From: Candidatus Latescibacterota bacterium
GTDB lineage: Bacteria > JAAXHH01
DNA: 64,000 nucleotides
Direction: 5' to 3'
Assembly (NCBI GenBank): GCA_022823465.1
Contig: JAJEHX010000029.1
Span: forward strand, 7,852 to 71,851
Shown here piece by piece: positions 1 through 10,157 of this stretch. How positions within the stretch are numbered: the stretch's first letter is position 1; each line of letters begins with the position of its first letter. The translations under genes were made by a program, and so were the position numbers. The notes below the pieces were generated by a model. The model worked only from the letters and a program-made list of their open reading frames with translations, did not search any database and was not told the DNA's origin.

Positions 1-527
1 GCAGGCAAACGGCTTGCCGGCTCACCCTCTTTGAAACACCAATCCGGGTTCTGTGACGGCCGGTACCGCAGGTGTTCCAGGGTAAAGCCCTGCCACGCCA
101 GGAGGCCGCCTTCGGCGACCGCGGTCCAGGCGCAGTCGAACACGGCTTCCTCCCAGTACATCACGCAGATCACGAGCGCATATTTCCGGTCGTTGGGTGG
201 CCGCCAGGCATTCAGGTCCGCCTCCACGCAGGTCAGCCTGGACGCGAGCCCCCGTTCAGCAGCCTCTGCACGCAGACGGTCCAGGGCCACGTCCGATATG
301 TCGACGGCCAGCACGTCCCGGCCTGATGCAGCCAGCGCGAGGGCCTGGGCCGACAGGCCGCAGGCGAGTTCCAGCACGGGACCGTCCGGATATCCCAGGG
401 ATGCCGCCCGTTCGTACAGCGGACACGATTCCCGCGGTTCCAGGCGTTTCGGCGCCCGGTAGCGCGCGTTCCACTTCAACCGGTCGGGATGGTCTTCGAG
501 TCGTTGCGTGTAGGGCTCCGTATTCAA
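1..527 (-). CDS. Class I SAM-dependent methyltransferase; 3' end runs off the window edge
   Basis: Minus-strand translation reads ...LEDHPDRLKWNARYRAPKRLEPRESCPLYERAASLGYPDGPVLELACGLSAQALALAASGRDVLAVDISDVALDRL... Motif I (VLELACGLS) and an acidic post-I residue (VLAVDIS) are present. No in-frame ATG; probable TTG start at 525-527, directly after the stop of the upstream gene (552-554). Not in the ORF table because it lacks an ATG and is truncated. Confidence 0.6.
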   Translation of the reverse strand, partial: MNTEPYTQRLEDHPDRLKWNARYRAPKRLEPRESCPLYERAASLGYPDGPVLELACGLSAQALALAASGRDVLAVDISDVALDRLRAEAAERGLASRLTCVEADLNAWRPPNDRKYALVICVMYWEEAVFDCAWTAVAEGGLLAWQGFTLEHLRYRPSQNPDWCFKEGEPASRLP

Positions 528-551
528 TTGACTTGTTGTATTGCTACATTA

Positions 552-1607
552 CTACCCGCGCTGAATCTCCTGTGCCACGACGAGAATGTGGCTGCCTTGC
601 CTCACCGGCTGACGGAACGACTGCGACAGCACGTAGCCGTCTACGCCGGCGCGCACCGGCCAGGGCGGATCGTCCACGCGGTAGAAATCGTGCAGGTTGC
701 CCACGACCTGCCCCGCCTCCACGTACTCCCCGCAGGCCATCAGCGGTTCGTAGTGCCCCGGGAAAGGCGCCGGCACGTAGCACCCCCGGTCGATGATGGC
801 CGTCAGTTTCTGGGTGCCGCCGGCATGATGGGCGATGGGCTGAATCTCACCCTCGAGCTGGCCGTGGTGGATGGCCGCGGCCTGTATGCCGTGCCGCGCG
901 TAGCGCACGCCGTCCGGGTTGATCGCTTCGCCCCAGCCCAGTTCCGTGCCGATGGTGATTTTGCCCAGCCGCTCCGCTTCACTGACCATCAACCCCGGCG
1001 TCTCGTTCTGGTACATCATCACGAATGGCGTGCCGAACCAGCGCGCTGTATCTTCGATGACGGCCGCCTGGGCGGGGTCATCCACCGCGTGAAAACTGGA
1101 ACACTGGGCGAAGTCGAGCTCGGCCCCGCCCGAATGGATGTCCGTCACAACGTGCACGCGGGGCCAGAGGTACTCCCTTACGAATTGGGCGATGCGGTGG
1201 GTGATGCCCGCGAGGGCCGGCGAGGTGCCGGCGCCATCCACGAAGGCGCGGTTCAGGTTGACCCCGTCATCGGCGTCGCTTGCCCGGCGGCCGGCGTGGA
1301 AGGCCGCGGGGTTGAGCACGGGAATAAAGATCAGCCGGCCCTTGACTGCCTCCAGCTCGATGTCCTGAAGCAGGCCCTTGATCGCCACCGGCCCTTCGTA
1401 TTCGTTGCCGTGATTGGACCCGCTGGCCAGAAGCCCCTGGCCTTCGCGGGCATCGGATCCGACCATGACCGTCAGGGGAATGAGATGGTCCGCCCATAGG
1501 GAATCGTGTTCGAGAGCGACCCAGTAGTCCCGGCGCCCCGGGGAATCAAGATCGAGCTTGTCGGGCCGTACAATTTCACGGGGCATATGGGTCTCCGTGT
1601 TCGTCAT
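552..1607 (-). CDS. Succinylglutamate desuccinylase/aspartoacylase (AstE/AspA, M14-like zinc hydrolase) family protein; possibly N-acetyl-diaminobutyrate deacetylase-like
   Basis: 351-aa ORF with a family-typical layout (HSGGAE...; GxE metal ligands). The methyltransferase gene lies immediately downstream, suggesting a co-operon. Confidence 0.65.
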   Translation of the reverse strand: MTNTETHMPREIVRPDKLDLDSPGRRDYWVALEHDSLWADHLIPLTVMVGSDAREGQGLLASGSNHGNEYEGPVAIKGLLQDIELEAVKGRLIFIPVLNPAAFHAGRRASDADDGVNLNRAFVDGAGTSPALAGITHRIAQFVREYLWPRVHVVTDIHSGGAELDFAQCSSFHAVDDPAQAAVIEDTARWFGTPFVMMYQNETPGLMVSEAERLGKITIGTELGWGEAINPDGVRYARHGIQAAAIHHGQLEGEIQPIAHHAGGTQKLTAIIDRGCYVPAPFPGHYEPLMACGEYVEAGQVVGNLHDFYRVDDPPWPVRAGVDGYVLSQSFRQPVRQGSHILVVAQEIQRG

Positions 1608-1658
1608 GTTATTCGACCGATGCGTTCAGCCCGAGTTGCCAGGCATGATGCAGGCAAA

Positions 1659-1804
1659 GCGCGACACACCGGACGCCGGGACTCGGCGGCCAGGCTCGTC
1701 ACACCGAGACGCCGGGGAGTCCGCGGGAAGATTTCGTCACTCCGACAACACCGAGGCGTCCAGAGGTACGGCTCGTCACACCGATACACCAAGAAGTCCG
1801 CGGG
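1659..1804. repeat. Four tandem ~39-bp imperfect repeats (GCTCGTCACACCGAGACGCCGGGGAGTCCGCGGG-like), partly overlapping the 3' end of the uxaA-like ORF
   Basis: Units begin near 1659, 1694, 1735 and 1771. Each unit looks like two ~20-bp half-units sharing a CGTCAC core. Confidence 0.6.
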
Positions 1805-4475
1805 TGACCTGGAAGTCCGTATTGCCGAGGAGCGCGGCCCTGGGCGTATGATTCCCGGCGGCCGTGTTCCGGATCAGATTCAGCACGTCCTCGCGCCATT
1901 TCTCCGATCCGCCGGACAGCATGAGATCCACGTCTTCATAGTAAGGGACGGCCAGGTCATCGGCGGCGACCTGGAGCACCGGAATCATGGGATGACCGGG
2001 CAGAGGATGGCTGCCGACTCCTGCGACGATCAACTCCACGCCACTTGCCCCCAGTCCGGTCAGGGTCTCCACCCAATGGGTCGTCTGCGTCTCCATGACG
2101 TGTAATCCGGATACCGGTACCGGCTCGCCGTAGGTCAACGTCGGTTCAACGGCACCGTCTGCCAGGTGGTGCACGAAAGCCGGATGAGCAAGCAACGTGG
2201 CATTGTCCGGCACGACGACGGTCCCGCCCCCGCTCACGACGTCCAGGATCAACTGCGAAAGCGTTTCCGAAACGTCATCGGAAACAGGATCGGCCGTGGC
2301 CATCCCCAGTCTGAGATGGGAAAGACCGGCTTCACTGGCGGCCGGCCCGTCGCGATCCCCCAGATTTTCGACAAACCAGGACTCGATGCGACCGATTACC
2401 TTCTCGATGCCACCATCGAGCTGTACGCTGGCCCAGCCGAAATCACCGGGATCCACACCCCGGTCGACCAGTTGATGACGATAGAAATCGTTATGAGTGC
2501 GTTCACAGCCATGCTCCAGGAGTAAGGCGGCGGCCGTCATCGGATGGGTCAGGTAACCGGTCATGGTGCGGATGTACATCTCCTCCGACACACCGCCCGA
2601 GACGCCGCAACCCTCGGTGTGTACCAGGGCGACGAAACGGGATATGCCGCCGCTGCGCCCCACGCCTTTTTCATTCAGCCGTTCCGCCGCCATCCGGGCG
2701 ATCTGACCGGAGCAGAGGCTGGTGGGCAGGATGAGGCCGATCCGGTCGGTGGCGCGGGCGCCGTTCAATTCGTACACGGGCAGCTTGAAAGGAGGCGGAG
2801 ACGCACGGTCCGTTCGGACCGCCAGCGGCTTGCCCGTCGGCGCTGCCTGGTCGCGGAGGGCCCGCAGCCTGCTTCCGTCGGTCTGCCGCCAGTCGCGCCA
2901 AATCTGGGTCTGGCTGTGTCCCGCTTTTTCGCCGCAGGTCAACTCGCCCGACGCCGCCTGCAACGTCAGGTCAAGGGTCTGCCGGCCCAGTTCATCCATG
3001 GGCACGCCGTCCAGGTAGGCCCCCGCGTTCACGTCCATTTCACCCGAGAGCATCTCGTACCGCTTCGTGGTGGTCACGATCTTGATCGTCGGGACGAAGG
3101 GGAAGTTGGTGATGGAACCGTTCCCGGTGATAAAGAAGATGAGATTGCCGCCGGACGCCACCTGGCCCGCGATGGCTTCCAGGTCGTTGCCGGGACTGTC
3201 CATGAAGTAGTACCCCGGATCCTTCATACGGACCGCGTAATTGATGGCGTAGTCGAGCCGGACGTCGGGGTGGCGCTTCCGGGCCGCGCCGATGGACTTG
3301 AGCACGATGTTGTAGATGCCCCTGAGCTTGTTGCCGCCGGACGGATTGGCGTCGACCGACTGGCCGTGCCAGGCCGTGCGTTCCTGGAACCGCTCGATCA
3401 TATGGAGGAAGGTGCGCGCCGTCTCGATGTCCCGGACATTGTTCAGGACGTAGGGCTCGCCGCCGATCAGTTCGTCCGTCTCCGCGAGATTGGCCTTCCC
3501 CCCGAAGCGAATGATCTCCCGGGCCACGTGCGCGGCCAGGGGATTGCCTGATATGCCCGAAAAAGAATCCGAACCCCCGCATTGGAGCACGATGTTGAGA
3601 TGAGCAGCGGAAGCCGGCTTCCGGTTCACGCGGTTGACCGTCTCGAACCATCCGGTGACGATCTTCGCGCAACGCTCCAGATCCTCGTTAAATGCGCCCT
3701 GGAGCGTTTCGAAACGGTGCAGCACGTCCTTCAGCGGATAGCGGTTGATCCGCATGTAGTTTTCCAGCATCCGGTCCGACACGATTTCGGTTCCCCGGTC
3801 CACCGCGAGTACGGCGCCGACGTTGGAATGGACCATGAAACCCGCCAGCGTCCGCAACACCAGTTCACGGTTGTTCGGGTCCACTCCCGCGCCGCCCTCG
3901 GTGTGGGCCACGGCCACTACGCCGTCGATGTTCGGATACAGGTCCGCCCGGTCCTTAAGCATGGATTCCAGCCGGCGGACGAACCCCGCCGTCTGCGACG
4001 TTACACCCAGGAGGAGGATATAGTTGCGGGTACCGACACCCCGTGCGGCGCCCCGGTCGTATCCCTCGAAGGCCGGCGGACTGTCGCTTGCCTGTACCTG
4101 ATCGCCCGGGGTGAAGGTGGATTCGTCCAACTCGTAGGGCACCACGCGGTCCTCGAAATTCGGCTGTTCCGGGAGGTCGAAATCGACTTTTCGAACGCGA
4201 AGGGCGTCGAGTATGTCGGCGTTGCAGATGTAGTCGCCGGGGGCGATATCGTGGGTCGCCCGGCCGAAGGGCAGTCCCCAGGAAAGGACGGACTCCCCGG
4301 CAGGTATGGACCGGACGGCGAAGCGGTGCCCTTCGAGCAGCGTATGGGCAAGGGCAAAGGACACGCCGGCTTCGCCAGCCACCTCCGTACCGGCTTCCAG
4401 CCTTCGGGAGACGATGGCCACGTTGTCGCCGGGTCCGGCCAAACGCGCGATTTCATTCAACTGGCAGGCGGACAC
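1776..4475 (-). CDS. UxaA/GarD-family sugar-acid dehydratase (altronate/galactarate dehydratase-like), unusually long at 899 aa
   Basis: N-terminal SAF domain (GDNVAIVSRRLEAGTEV...GHRFAV). Central and C-terminal dehydratase regions follow (NYILLLGVTSQT, VVAVAHTEGG, LQCGGSDSFSGISGNP). Residues ~590-899 repeat the middle-domain signature (IGLILPTSLCSGQ; FVALVHTEGCG). Confidence 0.7.
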   Translation of the reverse strand: MSACQLNEIARLAGPGDNVAIVSRRLEAGTEVAGEAGVSFALAHTLLEGHRFAVRSIPAGESVLSWGLPFGRATHDIAPGDYICNADILDALRVRKVDFDLPEQPNFEDRVVPYELDESTFTPGDQVQASDSPPAFEGYDRGAARGVGTRNYILLLGVTSQTAGFVRRLESMLKDRADLYPNIDGVVAVAHTEGGAGVDPNNRELVLRTLAGFMVHSNVGAVLAVDRGTEIVSDRMLENYMRINRYPLKDVLHRFETLQGAFNEDLERCAKIVTGWFETVNRVNRKPASAAHLNIVLQCGGSDSFSGISGNPLAAHVAREIIRFGGKANLAETDELIGGEPYVLNNVRDIETARTFLHMIERFQERTAWHGQSVDANPSGGNKLRGIYNIVLKSIGAARKRHPDVRLDYAINYAVRMKDPGYYFMDSPGNDLEAIAGQVASGGNLIFFITGNGSITNFPFVPTIKIVTTTKRYEMLSGEMDVNAGAYLDGVPMDELGRQTLDLTLQAASGELTCGEKAGHSQTQIWRDWRQTDGSRLRALRDQAAPTGKPLAVRTDRASPPPFKLPVYELNGARATDRIGLILPTSLCSGQIARMAAERLNEKGVGRSGGISRFVALVHTEGCGVSGGVSEEMYIRTMTGYLTHPMTAAALLLEHGCERTHNDFYRHQLVDRGVDPGDFGWASVQLDGGIEKVIGRIESWFVENLGDRDGPAASEAGLSHLRLGMATADPVSDDVSETLSQLILDVVSGGGTVVVPDNATLLAHPAFVHHLADGAVEPTLTYGEPVPVSGLHVMETQTTHWVETLTGLGASGVELIVAGVGSHPLPGHPMIPVLQVAADDLAVPYYEDVDLMLSGGSEKWREDVLNLIRNTAAGNHTPRAALLGNTDFQVTRGLLGVSV

Positions 4476-4607
4476 GATGCCAGAGTCCTTCTATAATCGA
4501 GGTCGAATGTGGGATTGAGTCTCACTGCATGGACTGGCAAAGTAACATCCGTTCCGATGCGATGTCAAAGGTAAATCGGCGGCCGAGGAACCGCCTGGAC
4601 TTCACAA

Positions 4608-4860
4608 AGCGCGTCACGGTTCCGAAAGTGCGTCAAGGATTCACAGAGCGCGTCACGGTTCAGAAAGTGCGTCGCGGTTGACTAAGCGCGGCCCGATTGA
4701 CGATACGGCGGCAGGATTGACGATACGGTGGCGGTTGACGATACGGCAGTACGGTGTACATTGTCTATCCGGGTCTGGTCTCAGCGCGGCCCGGACATCA
4801 TATAAGTTCGTGGCGCCATATAAGCTTCGGCGACGTATAAGCTTCGGCGACGTATAAGTT
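4608..4860. repeat. Three different tandem-repeat families in the divergent intergenic region between the uxaA-like and DMFase-like genes
   Basis: (i) AGCGCGTCACGGTTCMGAAAGTGCGTC x2, period 39 (4608, 4647). (ii) GATTGACGATACGGYGGC x3, period ~20 (4695, 4715, 4734). (iii) (C/G)ATATAAG(C/T)TTCGGCGACG x4, period 17-20 (4798-4860). Confidence 0.7.
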
Positions 4861-4870
4861 CCCGGCGCTC

Positions 4871-6511
4871 GTGACTGCCAGAATCCGTACCACAATATAC
4901 GCCAGCCGGAGGTCCAAGATGCTTGTAGGGTACGTCAGCGACGAACGGTACGTCGCCATTCCAGGGGTCCTGCTCGAGTTCGAAGCCGGCGGAGCGTCCA
5001 TCGAGGCGCGCTCCCGGGCCACGGGGACGGTCTACGCCGACGTAGAGCCCGGACGGGAGTACAGGGTCACGCTGGCGAGCCGGGACTTCGGATTCAAGAG
5101 TGTATACATGACACCAGACGAGGACCGGCCCTATCATTTCCGGCTGCTGCGGGATGGCCTGCTGGGGTACATGTGGCCCAAGTGGGTCCGGTCCGGGGAG
5201 AAATCGGAGTTCCGCGTCCATGCCGTGGAGGCCTACCAGCTCGAGCTGTACCGGTATGGCTGGAGGAAGGAATACATCCGGAACATCGGCTGGTACGACG
5301 AGCACGGTCCCCGCGCCACCATGCAGATCACGCCCGACGGCGACTATACCCGGACCGGGGTCCGGTGGAACACCCAGGGATATACCAATCCCGCCCACAA
5401 ACAGTACATCGAGGCGCCGGAACGGTCTGGGCTCTACTATCTCCACGCTTCAACGGAAGCCGGCGGGTTCTTTTCCTTCCCCTGGATCGTCGCGCCCGCC
5501 GCGCCGACTGCCGACGTCGCCGTACTGGCCGCGAACATCAACTGGAACGCCTACAACAACTTCGGGGGACGCAGCAACTACATCCACGCGGACGAGTTTC
5601 CGCCGGTCCCCACGGTCAACGCCCGGTACGACCTGAAGCGATACACCGATTCCTCGCACCGGATGTACAGCGCCGACGACTACGCGCCGCTTTCCTTCGA
5701 CCGGCCCGAACCCATCAACCACGTCCCCGAAGGGGTCGAGGCCACCGATATGATCCGGGGGCGCGCGGCCTGCCACGTGGCCCCCGCGGAATGGCGGTTC
5801 CTGGCCTGGTTGGAGCGGGAAGGCTTCGGCTACGATCTCTACGCCGAGACGCATTTCCACGACGGTACGTTGCCCCTGGACCGGTATAGGGTGTTGATCA
5901 CGACCACCCATCCGGAATACTGGTCGCGCGACATGTACTACCGGCTCAAGGACTGGGTCTTCGAATCCGGCGGTCGGCTCATGTACCTGGGCGGCAACGG
6001 CCTGAACTGCGAGGTCGAGTTCGTTGACGAATACACCATGAAGGTCAAGAATGGCAATATCGATTCGCTCGACCGGCCCGGGGAGGGCATCGAAAGCCGT
6101 TTCAACATCTACAACGAGTCCGAGGCGAACCTGCTCGGCGTGGCCTTCACGCGGACGGGGATCATGACCAGCGCGCCGTACAGGGTGATCGATGCGGGGC
6201 ACTGGGCGTTCGAAGGCACCGACGTATCGGAAGGGGACATCTTCGGCGAGGCGAGTCTGCACGAACGGGTGCCCGGCGGTGCGTCGGGCCATGAGACCGA
6301 CAAGATCACTCCCAACTCACCTCCCAACACCCACCTGCTCGCCAAGGGAACCAACGTGGACGACGGCGGCGCCGAGATGGTCGTGCATGAAACGGACAGC
6401 GGCGGGATGGTGTTTTCGGCGGGATCCATCACCTATCCGTCGTCGATCCTCGTGGACGACGTGGTGTCGCGGGTGACGTCCAACGTGCTGAAGCGGTTTC
6501 TGGGTGATTGA
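4871..6511 (+). CDS. N,N-dimethylformamidase large-subunit-like (DmfA2-like) protein
   Basis: 546-aa ORF. The N-terminal beta-sandwich-like segment (VGYVSDERYVAIPG...YRVTLASRDFGF) and overall composition resemble the DMFase beta-subunit family. Assignment is by recall only; the true start is probably the M at 4919 (MLVGYV...). Confidence 0.45.
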   Translation: MTARIRTTIYASRRSKMLVGYVSDERYVAIPGVLLEFEAGGASIEARSRATGTVYADVEPGREYRVTLASRDFGFKSVYMTPDEDRPYHFRLLRDGLLGYMWPKWVRSGEKSEFRVHAVEAYQLELYRYGWRKEYIRNIGWYDEHGPRATMQITPDGDYTRTGVRWNTQGYTNPAHKQYIEAPERSGLYYLHASTEAGGFFSFPWIVAPAAPTADVAVLAANINWNAYNNFGGRSNYIHADEFPPVPTVNARYDLKRYTDSSHRMYSADDYAPLSFDRPEPINHVPEGVEATDMIRGRAACHVAPAEWRFLAWLEREGFGYDLYAETHFHDGTLPLDRYRVLITTTHPEYWSRDMYYRLKDWVFESGGRLMYLGGNGLNCEVEFVDEYTMKVKNGNIDSLDRPGEGIESRFNIYNESEANLLGVAFTRTGIMTSAPYRVIDAGHWAFEGTDVSEGDIFGEASLHERVPGGASGHETDKITPNSPPNTHLLAKGTNVDDGGAEMVVHETDSGGMVFSAGSITYPSSILVDDVVSRVTSNVLKRFLGD

Positions 6512-7480
6512 CTACAACTTCCGCTGGTACACCCCCGTCACCCGGTGGTTCGTGCCCTTTTCCAGGATCAGGTCCGCCCGTTCGCGGGTGGGAATGATGT
6601 TCTCGCGCAGGTTCACGAGGTTGATGTCCCGCCAGATACCTTTGGCCGTCTCCACGGCCTCCTCTGTGCTCAAACCCGCGTAGTGATGGAAGTAGGATTC
6701 GGGATTCCGGAAGGCGGTATCCCGCAGTCTCAGGAACCGATCGACATACCACTGCTCCAGGTCATGCTCCTCGGCCTCCACGAAAATCGAGAAATCGATG
6801 AAGTCGGACACGAAAACGCGGGGCGACGCGTCGCCGGCCGTGTGGTGGCCCGTCTGGAGGATGTTCAGCCCCTCCAGGATGATGATGTCCGGCTGCGTGA
6901 CCGTCTTTTCGACGCCCGGCACGATATCGTAAATCAGGTGCCGGTACACGGGCACGGTTACCGAGGCGTGTCCGGACTTCACGTCGGCCATCATCTGCAC
7001 AAGGCGCCGGAGATCGTAGCTTTCCGGGAATCCTTTCCGGTGCATGAGCCCCCGTTCCTCCAGCACGCGGTTGGGGAACAGGAACCCGTCCGTGGTCACC
7101 AGGTCCACCCGGGGATGGTTCGGCCAGCGGCTGAGCAGGGCCTGCAAGATTCGCGCCGTCGTGCTCTTCCCCACCGCCACGCTACCGCCGATTCCAATGA
7201 CGTAGGGCACCTTGGCGGCCGGTTTTCCGAGAAAGGTGTCCATGACCTGGTACAGGTGCTGCGCCGCGGCCACGTGGAGATTGATGAACCGCGACATGGG
7301 CAGGTAGACCTCGGCGACCTCGTCGAGGGAGACCATTTCGTTGATGCCGTGCAGTTCCTGCAGGTCTTCTTCGGACAGCGTCAGCGGAGTCGCGGCGCGC
7401 AGCTTCGACCACTCGTCGCGGGACATATAATTGAAGGGGGAAGGAGATGATGGGGACATGGGTGTCGTTCCGTCGATCAC
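6512..7480 (-). CDS. coaA: Type I pantothenate kinase
   Basis: Near-collinear with E. coli CoaA: [22 protein letters not shown]-loop [61 protein letters not shown], and C-terminal [12 protein letters not shown]. The start abuts the stop of the upstream gene. Confidence 0.9.
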   Translation of the reverse strand: MIDGTTPMSPSSPSPFNYMSRDEWSKLRAATPLTLSEEDLQELHGINEMVSLDEVAEVYLPMSRFINLHVAAAQHLYQVMDTFLGKPAAKVPYVIGIGGSVAVGKSTTARILQALLSRWPNHPRVDLVTTDGFLFPNRVLEERGLMHRKGFPESYDLRRLVQMMADVKSGHASVTVPVYRHLIYDIVPGVEKTVTQPDIIILEGLNILQTGHHTAGDASPRVFVSDFIDFSIFVEAEEHDLEQWYVDRFLRLRDTAFRNPESYFHHYAGLSTEEAVETAKGIWRDINLVNLRENIIPTRERADLILEKGTNHRVTGVYQRKL

Positions 7481-8592
7481 GATCCGTCGATCACGGCCCG
7501 ATCGATCGTCTGTTGCTCGAGCAGTTCGGGCACGGGCTCCGCGCCGGCCCCGGGCGTATCGGAAAGGACCATCTGTGACGGTCCCGAAAGTCGCAGCGCC
7601 GGCGCGCTCAGGTCTTGCTCATAGAACCGGGTGCTGGGAAAAACATCCGACGGATATTTCATGTTGGGCAGGGTCGCCAGCGCCATGCAGAAGGACGCGC
7701 CGAGGGCCGATTCGAGCATGCCGCCCGTCCAGCAGGGAACGCCCTCCTCCTCGCAGATCCGGTTCACCTCCAGCGCCTGGGTCACGCCGCCAACCCGCGC
7801 GGGCTTGATGTTGATCCAGCGGGCCGCGCCTATGCCGATCGCCTTCCGGGCCTTGGCGGGGGAGGTGATACTCTCGTCCAGGCAGACCGGCGTCTCGATC
7901 CGGCTCTGCAGCGCGGCGTGGTCGACCAGGTCGTCGCGCATCAGGGGCTGCTCGATCATGGCCAGGTTATAACGGTCCAGTTTCCTGAACATGGGCAGGT
8001 CGTCCAGCGTGTATCCGCTGTTGCAATCGATATGAAATACGGGGTCGGGAAAAGCCGAACGGACCGCGGCAATCATTTCAAGGTCCCATCCCCGGCTGTA
8101 CTTCAGTTTGATCCTTTTGAAGCCCGCCTCAACGGCCTGCTCGATATTGCCCAGCAGCATGTCGATGCTGTCCTGCACGCCGAAGTCCGCTCCCACGTCG
8201 ATGACCGGCCCCTTGCCGCCGATCAGTTGCCAGAGCGGCTTACCCCTCAAGCGCGCATGCAGGTCCCACCATGCCGCGTCCAGCCCGCCCTTGGCAAAGC
8301 AGTTTCCCGCGACCCAGGCGCAGGCTTCATGCAGGTCCTGCCCAGTGTCGATCCTTTTGCCGATCAGCAGCGGTGCGAGCACGTCTCGCGTCACGGCGAA
8401 GACGCCGGCCGTGTATTCCGGGCTGTACGTCGGCCGGGCAAGGGGTGTCGTTTCCCCCCATCCCACGGCATCGCCGGTGTGCATCTTCACGAGGACGCTC
8501 TCGATTACGTCGTCACTGCCGTAGGCCGTGCGCCACGGGTAGATCAGGGGCATGGCGACGTGATAGAGTTCGACGGCGTCGATGACGGGCAT
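7477..8592 (-). CDS. Enolase-superfamily enzyme, MLE subgroup (o-succinylbenzoate synthase / N-succinylamino-acid racemase / dipeptide epimerase-like)
   Basis: Catalytic pattern KxK (IKLKYSRGW), D (HIDCNSGYT), E (IEQP), D (LDES), K (NIKPARVGG). 371 aa. Confidence 0.8.
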   Translation of the reverse strand: MPVIDAVELYHVAMPLIYPWRTAYGSDDVIESVLVKMHTGDAVGWGETTPLARPTYSPEYTAGVFAVTRDVLAPLLIGKRIDTGQDLHEACAWVAGNCFAKGGLDAAWWDLHARLRGKPLWQLIGGKGPVIDVGADFGVQDSIDMLLGNIEQAVEAGFKRIKLKYSRGWDLEMIAAVRSAFPDPVFHIDCNSGYTLDDLPMFRKLDRYNLAMIEQPLMRDDLVDHAALQSRIETPVCLDESITSPAKARKAIGIGAARWINIKPARVGGVTQALEVNRICEEEGVPCWTGGMLESALGASFCMALATLPNMKYPSDVFPSTRFYEQDLSAPALRLSGPSQMVLSDTPGAGAEPVPELLEQQTIDRAVIDGS

Positions 8593-8599
8593 TGCGGCC

Positions 8600-9811
8600 T
8601 CAGCCTTTCAAGTCAGCCAGCAGACGTTCGGTGACCGCCTCCGCGAAGGCCGGATCGTTGATGTTGCAGTCCATCTCTGTCACCGACACCTCGGCGGAGA
8701 CGTTGGACTTGATGGCGTCATACAGCGCCCGGTCGGCTTCCGGCCACCAGAACTCGTTCCCGGGGCTGTCGAGAATGGACACGCCCTTCAAGGGGAGGAA
8801 GATCGATACCGGCCCGCTGGAGGCGTTGGCTTTCTCAGCGATGATCTCGCCGAGACGGGCGTTCTCCTCCACGTTGGTCCGCATCAGCGTGATGTTGGGA
8901 TTCCATTTGTGCAGCCTTCGGTCGCCATACTTCTCCGGCACGGTATCCGGCGCCCAGAAGTTGACCATGTCCAGGCAGCCCGGCACGATGACCTGAGGTA
9001 TGCCGGCCCGGCCTGCCGCATCCATTCTTTCGGGACCCGCGGTCAGGACGCCTCCGGCCAGTTCGTCGGCCCACTCCGTGGTGGTGATATCGAGCACCCC
9101 TTCGATCAGACCCTCGTCGATCAGGCCCTCCATAGTCCGTCCGCCCGCGCCGGTGCAGTGGAAGACGAGCACCTCGTAACCTGCATCCTCCATGATGGCC
9201 CGGGCCTGGTCCACGGCCTCGGTGGTGTTGCCGAACATACTGGCTGTGATCAGCGGTTTGTCCGCTGCCGCTTCCGGCACGTCGGTTTCCACCATGCCCG
9301 CGATGGCGCCCGCGGCGTTGGCGAAGATCCTGCGGCTGATGCGGTTGATGCCGGCCACGTCCACGACGGAGGGAATCATCATCACGTCCTTGATCCCCAC
9401 GTAATTGCTCGTGTCTCCCGCCGCCACGGTAGACACCATCACCTTGGGCACGCCGACGGGCAACGCCCGCATGGCGCTCGTGCCCACCGCCGTGCCGGCC
9501 GAACCGCCCATGCTGATGATCCCGTCGAACACGCCGACTTCATACAGGCCCTGCGCGACCACCGCGACGCCGTCCGCCATGGCGTTGATGGCCACGCCCC
9601 GGTCGTCGCGCTTCGTCAACGCGTCTATCGTCGTACCAGCGGCTTCGGCGACCTGGTCCCGCGACACGTCCGCTTCAAGCGTCGAATCTCCGATGACGCC
9701 CGTATCGATGATCAGCGTCCCGTGCCCCCGCCGCTCGATCTCGTCTTTAACGAAGGCGAATTCCTCTCCCTTGGTATCCAGGGCGCCTACGATGGCTATG
9801 GTTTTCGGCAT
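8600..9811 (-). CDS. UPF0261 (Tm-1-like ATP-binding domain) family protein
   Basis: Family-typical N-terminus KTIAIVGALDTKGEEFAFVKDEI; ~400 aa. Tightly packed with the upstream genes (coaA, enolase). Confidence 0.7.
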   Translation of the reverse strand: MPKTIAIVGALDTKGEEFAFVKDEIERRGHGTLIIDTGVIGDSTLEADVSRDQVAEAAGTTIDALTKRDDRGVAINAMADGVAVVAQGLYEVGVFDGIISMGGSAGTAVGTSAMRALPVGVPKVMVSTVAAGDTSNYVGIKDVMMIPSVVDVAGINRISRRIFANAAGAIAGMVETDVPEAAADKPLITASMFGNTTEAVDQARAIMEDAGYEVLVFHCTGAGGRTMEGLIDEGLIEGVLDITTTEWADELAGGVLTAGPERMDAAGRAGIPQVIVPGCLDMVNFWAPDTVPEKYGDRRLHKWNPNITLMRTNVEENARLGEIIAEKANASSGPVSIFLPLKGVSILDSPGNEFWWPEADRALYDAIKSNVSAEVSVTEMDCNINDPAFAEAVTERLLADLKG

Positions 9812-10157
9812 GAATCCCCTCTTATGGCAGATATCGTCTGTTGATACGGCCCTTCAAGATTCAACCTATCAAGTTACAGGTATGCATATTTATTGTACAT
9901 ATCTTTATACCGTGAGCCCAGGAGCGATAACGCCATGGTCACTTCGCTCTTGGACGCCCTCAACACCTGGTGCGTTGATGTCCCGGGACGGCGGCCCGAT
10001 GTACTTTGACGTCCGAGAATGGAGAAGGCCACCAGCGGGTAGTTTTAAGATTTAGTTCCTTGACAGGGACGGACAAAAACATTACTTATTACGTAACGAA
10101 TAGAATTTCCGATTTGCCGTAGAGTAAGGGTGCGTAAAACAGTGACTGGTTTAACTC

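Noticed and set aside
489-1499. Long antisense ORFs overlapping real genes (for example 489..1499 +, 13583..15256 -, 20158..21705 +, 38644..41250 -, 2544..3551 +, 8582..9844 +)
   Set aside because: Typical high-GC shadow ORFs: Arg/Pro/Gly-rich, no recognisable domains, and they fully overlap strongly supported genes on the other strand.
9850-10157. AT-rich region upstream of higB with TTGACA-like hexamer and GGTAT...ATACC inverted ends
   Set aside because: Probably just the higBA promoter. No ORF or structured RNA could be supported.
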